The notes under the pieces are model-generated. The model saw nothing but the letters and a program-made list of their open reading frames with translations. It ran no database searches and was not told the origin of the DNA. 64,000 nt of DNA from Desulfobacterales bacterium. Its GTDB lineage: Bacteria > Desulfobacterota > Desulfobacteria > Desulfobacterales > JAHDSC01. The position numbers were made by a program, and so were the translations under genes. The DNA lies in the NCBI GenBank assembly GCA_016931455.1, contig JAFGES010000129.1:72363-136362 (forward strand). Reading direction: 5' to 3'. Shown here piece by piece: positions 38,608-47,483 of the stretch; the stretch's first letter is position 1, and each line of letters opens with the position of its first letter.

Positions 38608-39246
38608 ATGTCTGAAGGAACTAAAAGCACAATTTTGATAGCAATAATAAGTGCCGTAAGTGCTATAGTTGTCGCGGTGATAACCACTTATGGAACTATC
38701 GCTGTATCTGAGCCGGAGGCTAAAAGAGTAAAAAAGGAGTTGGAAGAGATTTCAGATCTTCAACAGATAGCGAATCTCCCAATAGGGACAATCGTACCAT
38801 CAATGTTACATCCGAGTCTATTTGCAAAAGTAGTTGGAGATCCATCTGTTTTTGATCCGGAAAAAAGTAGTTGGGTATTAGCTGATAAACAGAAAGACAT
38901 TACAAGGTCTCGCTATGGTAAATTGCTTAATAACACGAGGTATACGCCGGATTTGCGGGGCATGTTTTTAAGAGGGATGAATGAAGGAAGAAATGACGGC
39001 AAGCAAGACCCAAAGCGGGACCGCATCGCCGGGGACTACCAGCGGGACGCATTGCAGGAGCATGGCCACGAGACAACCGCCACCGAGTTCAAATGGAACG
39101 ATACAACTACTGATTACGGTTACACTAGCGAAGGAAAAGCACATGCTCCCACAGCAAGCGTGATGACCGTGAAGGAGCCCGCGTACGCAGCGATCGAGAC
39201 ACGGCCCAAGAATGTAGCCGTTTACTTTTATATCAAGATAAATTAA
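38608..39246 (+). CDS. Membrane-anchored protein with a phage tail-collar-like domain
   Basis: N-terminal TM (ILIAIISAVSAIVVAVITTYG) is present. LPIGTIVPS....W.LAD.Q..ITRS.Y..L......TPDLRGMFLRG resembles the Collar domain pattern P.GTIV...W..CDG...S...Y..L..........PDLRG.F. Confidence 0.5.
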   Translation: MSEGTKSTILIAIISAVSAIVVAVITTYGTIAVSEPEAKRVKKELEEISDLQQIANLPIGTIVPSMLHPSLFAKVVGDPSVFDPEKSSWVLADKQKDITRSRYGKLLNNTRYTPDLRGMFLRGMNEGRNDGKQDPKRDRIAGDYQRDALQEHGHETTATEFKWNDTTTDYGYTSEGKAHAPTASVMTVKEPAYAAIETRPKNVAVYFYIKIN

Positions 39247-39338
39247 CAAGTCCAACAAGAGCCTCCACATATGACCGTTGTTCGCCTGTGGCTCACGATG
39301 GTTTGTGAGGCTGAGGGTTCGTGCAATAAGTGTTGACA
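39243..39338 (+). repeat. attC-like imperfect palindrome (weaker candidate)
   Basis: TTAAC overlaps the stop codon. AGCCTCCACA (39260-39269) pairs with TGTGAGGCT (39304-39312) with one unpaired C. It ends GTTGACA (39332-39338), the same GTTGAC box as the 34541 site. The arms are unequal in length. Confidence 0.35.
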
Positions 39339-39633
39339 TTGCTACAACACATTGAACGAATATAAAAATTATTGAAATGGAATGGACGGGAAAGAAGTTT
39401 TGATTTTAGATAGAAGATTGTTGGATTTTAGAAAAGACTGAAAGAAGGATGGATAAATTTTATATGACTTGGGAGGAGTATGATCATAATTCTACCATCA
39501 ATTGCAAAGTATTGAACTATAAATCTTCGCATGGGGGCTTCAGATGATTGCGGATCAGATTTTTCATCCAAGGCCCAGTATCGTAAAAAGAATACCATTG
39601 CCTCAATTCTCGACAAAAATAATATATTAATTC

Positions 39634-39828
39634 TTAATAAGCTTGTCGGGTATTGATGCTGAATCTTCCTTCTTCTGCATAATCTATGGCCGGAGCGATG
39701 TCGGTTTCTACTTTTTGTTTAAATGATAAATGCATATCTTGTAATTTTTGAATCAATTCGCAATTTTTAGTGCATTTATCTTTTGGTAGATGTCTTTTCG
39801 GACAATTTCGGCAAGGTGATAAAATCAT
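39634..39828 (-). CDS. Hypothetical small Cys-rich protein (64 aa)
   Basis: ORF with GGAG about 8 nt upstream of the ATG and CxxC...C...C at the N-terminus (CRNCPKRHLPKDKCTKNC). No family recognised. Confidence 0.45.
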   Translation of the reverse strand: MILSPCRNCPKRHLPKDKCTKNCELIQKLQDMHLSFKQKVETDIAPAIDYAEEGRFSINTRQAY

Positions 39829-40199
39829 AATTTACTCCTTACTATGTAGTTAAAATAAAAAATAAATTTGAATTCTTAATTTTAGCTGAGTTAAATGCCG
39901 ATCAACTTGTATGCAGCTTTATTTAGCAATAAAATTTATAATAACCTTTAACATTATTTCTAGTTTTTTGTATATAGGGGAGTAATCTCAATTTTGATAG
40001 GGAAAACCCCCATTTTAAGGATAGGGCTTGAGACTATCAAAATTACGAGCGGGGCTTGCGAGTATGGCAAAGGGGATAAGTAATATATTGGAGATAGATA
40101 AATCTTTGTCTTTTTTCTGCGAAAGATTTAGTAATTATTTTTTAACATCTCAGAGAGTTACTTGAAAAGGGGCAAAAAAAGGCTTAATTTTATTTTGTG

Positions 40200-41288
40200 T
40201 TAAATGACTTCTTCATTTGCCAGGTACTGTATTTCATTGTCTGAAAGACCGAGTTCTTTCAAAATTGTCCACGTATTTTCTTCGATCTTTTTTCTTACCT
40301 CATGGCTATGAATATTTTTTTCGTACGGTTTTGGAGTGGGTAAAGGAATGGTTTCATTAACATCTAGAACTTTTCCCAAGCAAACATTCTTTTCTCTAAA
40401 AATTTCGACCCATTTATCTCTTGTTTGCGTTAGAAAAGTATTTTTAAAAAAGTCTATCATCTCTTTTGCTTTTGTTGAATCAAATTGCAGGGGAATATAT
40501 TGAGGTACTTTAAAATAATTGCAAATTATTTCCCAAAATTGGGGTTCAAGTGCACCCAAAGTAATATATTTACCGTCTGCCGTCTGGTAGATATTATAAC
40601 ACGCGTAATTAAGGGATCGATGTGAAGTCTTTGATTTTTCTGCACGATTTTTGGCGCCGAATGCGCCGCTCCAACCGGTAACAATAGGCATAATTGCCGT
40701 TAATTCATCTGTCAAGGAGATATCGATATATCGGCTTGTATGGGTCTTTTCTCTTGCGAAAAGTGATGAAATGATTGCAACTGCAGCATTTAAGGCACCG
40801 ACAATCGCTGCGATTTGAATGCCCGGTATGAAGGGTAAGCCATCCTTGGAACCCATAATAGAGAGCGCCCCGCTATAGCCGAGAAAGTTGATATCGTGTC
40901 CGGCCTGATCTTTCAAGGCACCGGTTTGGCCGTATCCGGTAATTGAACAATAGATAATACGAGGATTTATTTTTTTTATCCTTTGATATTCAATTCCCAA
41001 ACGCTGCGTTACTCCCGGTCGAAAATTTTCTATAATTACATCCGCTTTTTGGGCTAAAGCCAAAAATAATTTTTTTCCCTTTTCATTTTTTAAATTTATA
41101 TGCAGACGTTCTTTATTACCGGTGATATTTCTTAAGTTCGACAACGATGCCCTATCAGAATCCCGTTTTTCAATTGTAATCACTCGCGCGCCGTAATTGG
41201 CCAGAACGGTGGAACAATATGATCCCGGTAAGAGTTTGGATAGATCAAGAACCAGAAAATCATTGAGGGATTTGTTTGTATTTTGCAT
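40200..41288 (-). CDS. Family III CoA-transferase (CaiB/BaiF family)
   Basis: N-terminal L.VLDLS.LLPG.YC...LA..GA.VI..E and later GHDINF.. blocks are typical of the family. Length is 362 aa. Confidence 0.8.
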   Translation of the reverse strand: MQNTNKSLNDFLVLDLSKLLPGSYCSTVLANYGARVITIEKRDSDRASLSNLRNITGNKERLHINLKNEKGKKLFLALAQKADVIIENFRPGVTQRLGIEYQRIKKINPRIIYCSITGYGQTGALKDQAGHDINFLGYSGALSIMGSKDGLPFIPGIQIAAIVGALNAAVAIISSLFAREKTHTSRYIDISLTDELTAIMPIVTGWSGAFGAKNRAEKSKTSHRSLNYACYNIYQTADGKYITLGALEPQFWEIICNYFKVPQYIPLQFDSTKAKEMIDFFKNTFLTQTRDKWVEIFREKNVCLGKVLDVNETIPLPTPKPYEKNIHSHEVRKKIEENTWTILKELGLSDNEIQYLANEEVI

Positions 41289-41371
41289 CTTTTTTCATTA
41301 CCGTCAGCAGATCACAATCGTCAAGTTCTTTAATTGTGGGGTCACAGCCGTAATCAGACGTGAAGGGGAGG

Positions 41372-42406
41372 CTAAAAACAATAGTTAAAAGAAAACAAGA
41401 CATCATTTTTTCCAGGATGGGTGGAAAGGTTGAACCGAACTTTTTCCTTTATTTGATCGATGAAATTTAAAGTGTTACGGCGATTGTATTTATGTGCACC
41501 GGCTATTGAGCCGTATATGTTGCCAGCGTAAAAACCGAATCCAACAAAGGTAATCAGCCCCCCCAATGCATTATGATCAGTATCGAATGACTCATAAGCG
41601 GCATAGATTAAACCGGCATTCAACAAAAATGCAACCAAAGCATCCTGATATCTTTGGCAGTAGAGATAGCCTGCTCCCGGAATAATAGACAGGCCCCCTG
41701 CAATCTTGGGGTTTTTAAAAGGGATGGATTGAACCGTGTCAAGTTCTTTGGAAAGCTTATCAAGCCTGTATTTATTTTTATTTTCGGGGCTTATCTTAGA
41801 TAAAAAAAAGCGGGCCTTTTCCCATGAGGCCATCTGAAGGTAAATCCAGCCGATTCTGTAATAGGCTTCATCCTTAACATTTTGTTGAGGGGTAAACATG
41901 ATTAAATTATGAAGCGTGGTAATGGCAATGCCGGATTCACCTAGGTTCATGTAACATTCACTGATCATTAAATAGGTGTTGCTGTAAGATTCGGATACCG
42001 AAAGGCCGGTATCGCCAGATGCGTCGATTATGGAATTAAATGCATTGATTGCTTCTTTAAAATGTTTGCTTTTAAAATAAGACATACCGATTTTGTACCT
42101 GGCTTGTTCCGCCCGTCTGTCTTCCGGGAAATAATATATAAACCGTTCGTATTCAGCTATAGCTTTGAAATATTGAGCCTGGGAGAAATAGTATTCGGCA
42201 AAATTGAATTGTTTGTCGGCATCGATACAAATCACAGGTCCTGCATAGGACGGCAAGGAAAACAATCCTAAAATAAAAATCGGAATGATAGCGGCGAACA
42301 AAAAAATTTTTACATCATAAAAAAAAATAATCCGACCCAAGCGCATTATCCTACTACCACCAAAAATCATTATTATCCAAGGGATCATAGCAATGTGTTT
42401 TTCCAT
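41372..42406 (-). CDS. TPR-repeat protein with an N-terminal TM segment and a C-terminal multi-TM region
   Basis: TPR-like repeats are present (AEYYFSQAQYFKAIAEYERFIYYFP.., ARYKIGMSYFKSKHFKEAINAF). The C-terminal region is hydrophobic and Gly-rich (GGLSIIPGAGYLYC...GFGFYAGNIYGS). The true start may be the internal Met at 42346, which removes the overlap with the upstream gene. Confidence 0.6.
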   Translation of the reverse strand: MEKHIAMIPWIIMIFGGSRIMRLGRIIFFYDVKIFLFAAIIPIFILGLFSLPSYAGPVICIDADKQFNFAEYYFSQAQYFKAIAEYERFIYYFPEDRRAEQARYKIGMSYFKSKHFKEAINAFNSIIDASGDTGLSVSESYSNTYLMISECYMNLGESGIAITTLHNLIMFTPQQNVKDEAYYRIGWIYLQMASWEKARFFLSKISPENKNKYRLDKLSKELDTVQSIPFKNPKIAGGLSIIPGAGYLYCQRYQDALVAFLLNAGLIYAAYESFDTDHNALGGLITFVGFGFYAGNIYGSIAGAHKYNRRNTLNFIDQIKEKVRFNLSTHPGKNDVLFSFNYCF

Positions 42407-42752
42407 TTATACGGATTTTGCCGGATAGATTGACTTCATCTCTGCCGCAACGCAAAAGGCGATCGCATGACATAATCCAGCCCATTATGCGACCGTGCTT
42501 TGCAAATGCTTCTGCACAATACCGGGAGCAGGAAGGATACATTGGACAGCGATCACCATCAATAGGTGAAATATATTTTCTGAAAAACAGGATGGGGTAG
42601 AGAGCAAAATTTAATTGATTTTGCTCTTGTTGATTTAAAAGCGCCTCTTTGCTTTCAATTGCTGGAATTGGGAAAGTGAATCCCAGATCGAAAAAAACGT
42701 ATAGCAAAATAAAATAAATAATTTTGACGCATTGTGTTTGGGTAAGTTTCAT
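42354..42752 (-). CDS. YidD-family paralog (DUF37-type domain) with an N-terminal hydrophobic segment and an atypical C-terminal extension
   Basis: FFRKYISPIDGDRCPMYPSCSRYCAEAFAKHGRIMGWIMSCDRLLRCG matches the YidD core (..SP..G..C...P.CS.Y...A....G...G......R..RC). It lacks the canonical HP..GG.DPVP tail. The start is 3 nt from the gspE stop. Confidence 0.7.
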   Translation of the reverse strand: MKLTQTQCVKIIYFILLYVFFDLGFTFPIPAIESKEALLNQQEQNQLNFALYPILFFRKYISPIDGDRCPMYPSCSRYCAEAFAKHGRIMGWIMSCDRLLRCGRDEVNLSGKIRINGKTHCYDPLDNNDFWW

Positions 42753-42754
42753 TT

Positions 42755-44500
42755 TTATCTTTGCGTGACTCTGAGTACTTCTTCGATGGTGGTGTGTCCG
42801 TTTAAAACCTTATTTATGCCGTCTTGGCGAAGCGTGGCCATATTATATTTTAAAGCTTCATTTTTGATCTGGTTTGAATCATAGGTTTTGATGATAAGAC
42901 GTTTTAAGTTTCTATTTAAAATCATAATTTCAAAGATACCCATCCGACCTCTATAACCGCTCTGAAAACATTTTTCACATCCGGCAGCTCTATAAACCGT
43001 GTGGCCTTTAATTTGCAGTGGAGAAATACCAATGCTCTTTAGGTCTGTATCATCCGGGGTATAAGGTTGTTTACAATTACTGCAAAGCACTCGAACCAGT
43101 CTTTGAGCGGCAACAGCTAAAACCGATGATGAGATTAAAAAGGGTTCTACGCCGATATCGACCAAGCGCGTAATGGCTCCGGCCGAATCATTGGTATGCA
43201 GCGTGGAAAAGACCAGATGTCCTGTCAGTGCCGATTGAACTGCGATTTCAGCTGTTTCTCGATCCCGTATTTCACCGATTAGGATGACATCAGGATCCTG
43301 CCGGACAATTGAACGAAGACCCCGTGCAAAGGTAAGATCAATTTTTGGATTGACTTGAATTTGACTGATTCCTTTGATCTGGTATTCAACCGGATCTTCT
43401 ATGGTAATGATATTGATATCGGGCTTGTTGATTGAAGATAAAATCGCATAAAGGGTTGTTGTCTTACCACTGCCGGTCGGACCTGTGATAAGAATAATGC
43501 CGTTTGGTGATTTAACCAGATTTTCAAAAACATCAAGCTGTTCCGGACCTAAGCCGAGATCTGAAAGTTTAATCAGAGAGCTTGTTTTATTCAGCAGCCT
43601 TAGAACAACCCGTTCCCCAAATGAGGTTGGGAGGGTAGAAACGCGTACATCGATATTTTGATTACCGATTTTGACTTCCAGCCGTCCGTCTTGAGGAAGA
43701 CGTTTTTCGGCAATATTCATTTTTGCCATGACTTTAATTCTTGATGTCAGAGCGAGTTGAATCCACTTGGGCGGTGAAAGCAGGTCATACAGAATACCGT
43801 CCACGCGATAACGCACCTTGAAGCTATTTTGATAAGGTTCGATATGAATATCACTGGCCTGCGCCTTTACTGATTGAGATATGATATGGTTTACAAGTTT
43901 GATAATGGGTGCGTCACCGGAATCATCCAAAAGATCGGCTGTATCCTCAATTTCGCTGATAATCGTACTACCGTTTTCCTCCATATCCTGGACAAGCTGT
44001 TCGGCGGAATCCCTGTTAAGATCGTAGGATATATTAATTGCAGAAATTATTGCCGCTTTGGTTGAGAGAACGAGTTGAAAATTCTCCAGCCCGAGAATTC
44101 GAATCAGGTCGTCAACGGGTTGAAAATAGACTGGATCGTTTACGGCAATAATCCATTCGGGATTGTAAAAATCTTTTTTTGTATGTGCGATGTTATCTTG
44201 GCGGAATCGCGTATCGGAATCAAATGATTCATTTTTAATTTTTAGCGGCACCATCGTATGTTTTTTTAAAAATTGAATTGGTACGCGTTCTGTAAAATTG
44301 TTTCCAATTTTTTCAAGGGGGAGTTCAGGCCAAAAAGGAATATTGTATTGAATACTTAAAGCGCTAAGAAGCTGGCTTTCCGAAATGATCTTTTTTTGAA
44401 GAAGGATGGCACCGGTAATACCTTCCTTTTCAACTTCTTCTATTTGATTTTTTGGGATGTCGAAATTATTTTTGATTATTTGTGCAAGCGATTTTCTCAT
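42755..44500 (-). CDS. gspE: Type II secretion ATPase GspE
   Basis: T2SSE_N-like N-terminus, Walker A GPTGSGKTTT, Asp/His boxes, Walker B and the tetracysteine CSNC...CEKC are present. Confidence 0.9.
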   Translation of the reverse strand: MRKSLAQIIKNNFDIPKNQIEEVEKEGITGAILLQKKIISESQLLSALSIQYNIPFWPELPLEKIGNNFTERVPIQFLKKHTMVPLKIKNESFDSDTRFRQDNIAHTKKDFYNPEWIIAVNDPVYFQPVDDLIRILGLENFQLVLSTKAAIISAINISYDLNRDSAEQLVQDMEENGSTIISEIEDTADLLDDSGDAPIIKLVNHIISQSVKAQASDIHIEPYQNSFKVRYRVDGILYDLLSPPKWIQLALTSRIKVMAKMNIAEKRLPQDGRLEVKIGNQNIDVRVSTLPTSFGERVVLRLLNKTSSLIKLSDLGLGPEQLDVFENLVKSPNGIILITGPTGSGKTTTLYAILSSINKPDINIITIEDPVEYQIKGISQIQVNPKIDLTFARGLRSIVRQDPDVILIGEIRDRETAEIAVQSALTGHLVFSTLHTNDSAGAITRLVDIGVEPFLISSSVLAVAAQRLVRVLCSNCKQPYTPDDTDLKSIGISPLQIKGHTVYRAAGCEKCFQSGYRGRMGIFEIMILNRNLKRLIIKTYDSNQIKNEALKYNMATLRQDGINKVLNGHTTIEEVLRVTQR

Positions 44501-44514
44501 TGGTTTTACTGCAA

Positions 44515-46518
44515 TTAATTCGTCTGATCGGTATTTGTTTTATACATTTTGATTTGGCCGGCTTCAATGGTATCAATTTGACTTTTCTTTTTGCGGTAAA
44601 TCTCTTCGGCTTCAACCGGGTCTTTAATAACCCTCGGTGTGATAAAAACAAAAAGATTGGTCTTTGAATTCGAGTTTGCCATAGACTTAAAGAGCCAACT
44701 CAATACGGGAATGTCGCCTAAACATGGGACTCGATATTGAGCAGCGGAGAAACTGTCATCAATCAGTCCGCCGATCACAACCGTGTGATTATCCTTTACG
44801 ATGACGGTTGTATCAACAGTCCGCTTCAACGTTGTCGGCCGAAAATCCTCTGTTGATTCCAAGTCGGTAACCTCCAGGGAAATATTCATCCGTACGAGGC
44901 GATCTTTGCTGATATGAGGAGTAATTTTCAACGTTTTTCCCACGTCCTTGTATTCAAAGGAATTATAGGTATCGTTTTCAGAGGTCGAAGTCCTTGTTTG
45001 GTAGGGTATATTTTTTCCAACGTTAATTTTCGCTTCTTCGTTATCCGTAGTTAAAATTTGTGGTGTGGAAAGGATATGGATATCTTTGTCTTTTTGATAA
45101 GCTTGTATGATGGCTCCGATGTTAGGAAAATAAAGATTTCCGATCTTGAGAGATTCTCCAAACAGACCTAAGGAAAAACCGGACGGCAGTAAGGCTGCAC
45201 TTGTGCCTGTGCTCAATTCCGAGGCTGCGGCGGCTAGAGGAGCAGTTAAATTCAAATATCCCGTATCCCCTCCGCTGGTACCGCCGCCGAATCCTCCACC
45301 AATGATAGCTGCGTTATTATCCACGCTGGTTTTTCCACCTGCGAGCCATTCCACTCCAACCTGGAAATTTTTGTCTACATTCACTTCCATTATCAGTGCC
45401 TCAATATAGACCATCGATCTCGGGATATCTAATTTTTTGATAATTTCTTCCAGAACCAGATAGTCATCTGCATCTGCTGTAATAATAAGGCTGTTTGTCG
45501 CTTTATCCGCTGTTATTTTGACTTTGTCGGAAACAACAGGGGCTTTTTTACCTTCGATGGAATCACCCTGTTTCTGTGGGACTTCCTGAAGCACTTTGAC
45601 CATTTCCTCGGCAGTTGCAAATTCAAGATAATAGACTCGTATTTTGCCTTGACCCCTTGGAGTTTCCTTGTCAAGCATTTCGATCAGCTTTTTTATTCTC
45701 GATGTATCATCTTCGCTGGCAAGCAGAACAATCGTATTGGTCCGTTCATCGGCAACAAATTTAACTTCTTGTTCAGTAGCGCTTTTTTTTGTTTTTTTGT
45801 TGGATTGAAAGACAGTGCTGAGAAGGTTTATAAGTTTTGCGGCATCAGCAAATTCTAGAGGTATTAGAGATATTTCCTGTCCGATCCCTTTAACATCAAT
45901 TGGTTTTAGAATTTGTAGCAAACGTACAATATTGGAATAAACATCGGTTACAATCAACATATTAGTTGGGGGATACGCCAAAATCACGCTATTTTTTGAA
46001 ATCAAAGGGGTGAAAAGCCTTTTAATTTCATTTGGATCTGCATAACTTAAAGGTATAAGCTGAGTGACGATTTTATCGTCTGGTGAACCGGCTTCCTCCT
46101 TCAACTTGGTTTCAATATTTTTTGTTCTTGCCTCAGGAGATGAAACGATTTTAATAATTTCACCCGCTTGAACAGTGGCATAACCATGGACCTCTAAAAC
46201 AGACTCGAAAACCTTATATGCCTCTTCTACTGAGATTTTAGCAGGCGAGATAATGGTTACTTTTCCCCTAATCTTGTCATCGATAACGAAATTTTTGCCT
46301 GTAAGTTCACTGATAAATTTAATAAAGACCGTTAAATCAACGTCATTGAAATCAATGGAGACGAATCGTTCCGACTCGATGTTCTTTCGGGAAATTATAT
46401 CCTTTTCCGTATTGTTGTCGGCTTGCGTCATTGATGCATACAATGTCAGTGTCAAAAATATCAAAGCAACAAAGCATGCTTTCCCTTTTAAAATTAAAAT
46501 ATTACAGTGTAATTTCAT
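44515..46518 (-). CDS. gspD: Type II secretion secretin GspD
   Basis: 667 aa with a signal peptide, N0-N3-like repeats and a C-terminal secretin core (VPCLGDIPVLSWLF......K..LFVFITPRV). Confidence 0.9.
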   Translation of the reverse strand: MKLHCNILILKGKACFVALIFLTLTLYASMTQADNNTEKDIISRKNIESERFVSIDFNDVDLTVFIKFISELTGKNFVIDDKIRGKVTIISPAKISVEEAYKVFESVLEVHGYATVQAGEIIKIVSSPEARTKNIETKLKEEAGSPDDKIVTQLIPLSYADPNEIKRLFTPLISKNSVILAYPPTNMLIVTDVYSNIVRLLQILKPIDVKGIGQEISLIPLEFADAAKLINLLSTVFQSNKKTKKSATEQEVKFVADERTNTIVLLASEDDTSRIKKLIEMLDKETPRGQGKIRVYYLEFATAEEMVKVLQEVPQKQGDSIEGKKAPVVSDKVKITADKATNSLIITADADDYLVLEEIIKKLDIPRSMVYIEALIMEVNVDKNFQVGVEWLAGGKTSVDNNAAIIGGGFGGGTSGGDTGYLNLTAPLAAAASELSTGTSAALLPSGFSLGLFGESLKIGNLYFPNIGAIIQAYQKDKDIHILSTPQILTTDNEEAKINVGKNIPYQTRTSTSENDTYNSFEYKDVGKTLKITPHISKDRLVRMNISLEVTDLESTEDFRPTTLKRTVDTTVIVKDNHTVVIGGLIDDSFSAAQYRVPCLGDIPVLSWLFKSMANSNSKTNLFVFITPRVIKDPVEAEEIYRKKKSQIDTIEAGQIKMYKTNTDQTN

Positions 46519-46579
46519 TTTTAAGGTCTTTTTCCTGATTTTGAGGTCATCAACAGATTCAATTAATGATAATGAATTA

Positions 46580-47443
46580 TTATTTAATATTGTATTCTAT
46601 CGTTTTAAGCTGCCCTCTTCGTTTTATTTGGAGCGCAATTTTAGAGGATAGCTTTAATTTTTCATAAAATTCAAGAGCGTTATCGACGGATTCGATTTTT
46701 TCTCCATCGACTCCTGTAAGTATATCTCCATTTCTTAATCCCATTTTACGAAAGATGGATCTGGGATTAATGCTGGATAATATCAGGCCGTCCGGCTTGC
46801 CTTCCGTCAAATACGGACGTATTTTTATGTCTTTCATGATATTGTTTATATCTTTAAATGCATCTTCTATTTGATTACGTTCTAAAGAAATGCGTTGATT
46901 GCTTTGCGTACTATGCGTGCCGGGTGCAGATGGAAGCCGTCTTTTGGAAAGTCTGCCGGCTTTTTTATGATTTGAAAAGTCTTCCATTTGCAGAATTTCA
47001 TCCTTCCCATTTACACTCAAGATCACTTTTGTTCTTAGGATCATTTTTATAGTTGCATTTTGAATCGAATCCCCGGTTTTATATAAATTTTGTTGCCGAC
47101 TCTGTCCGTCTTCAATAACAGCGTAAACAATTTTTCTATCGCCCGTAACAGTTCCCCAGAGTTTAAGCTTTAACTCCGTTTGTTTCAGCATTTCAAAATT
47201 GATGGCGTCGGGTTTTTGTTCCCCCCTTTTTTTTGTTTTAAATAAGTTACGTTCCGTTATAATTTTATAAGCAGCAAGCGGCTGCTGTTTCTCATTATCA
47301 GGCCCGGAGTTGGATTGGATAGGTTTTGTAGATACTTCGTTAATTTGCACTTTCGCCGTAACGGTCTTATAAAACGCCTTAACACTCAAATAAACGGCAG
47401 TTGTTATCAGTAATATATTTATTACAATAAGATATCGTTTCAT
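46580..47443 (-). CDS. gspC: Type II secretion protein GspC (TM anchor plus C-terminal PDZ)
   Basis: N-terminal TM and a C-terminal PDZ-like block (GL.L.....SIFRKMGLRNGDILTGVDGEKI) are present. It lies directly upstream of gspD. Confidence 0.75.
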   Translation of the reverse strand: MKRYLIVINILLITTAVYLSVKAFYKTVTAKVQINEVSTKPIQSNSGPDNEKQQPLAAYKIITERNLFKTKKRGEQKPDAINFEMLKQTELKLKLWGTVTGDRKIVYAVIEDGQSRQQNLYKTGDSIQNATIKMILRTKVILSVNGKDEILQMEDFSNHKKAGRLSKRRLPSAPGTHSTQSNQRISLERNQIEDAFKDINNIMKDIKIRPYLTEGKPDGLILSSINPRSIFRKMGLRNGDILTGVDGEKIESVDNALEFYEKLKLSSKIALQIKRRGQLKTIEYNIK

Positions 47444-47483
47444 TAGTAGAATTGTGAAAATATTTAAAAATATAATTTATAAA

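Noticed and set aside
39428-39616. 62-aa minus-strand ORF, and a 32-codon plus-strand ORF (MDKFYMTWEEYDH...) vaguely reminiscent of a phosphoribosyltransferase N-terminus
   Set aside because: Both are short and mutually overlapping, and they lack continuation in any frame. At most they are decayed cassette remnants, and the similarity is too weak to call.
44320-44500. Possible MshEN-type c-di-GMP-binding motif in the GspE N-terminus (ITGAILLQKKIISESQLLSALSIQ)
   Set aside because: The hydrophobic spacing fits the 24-residue motif, but the key leading Arg-Leu and the central Gly are replaced (IT..., K). I could not find a second tandem motif. It is probably just the generic T2SSE_N fold. It is worth testing only because a c-di-GMP riboswitch lies nearby.
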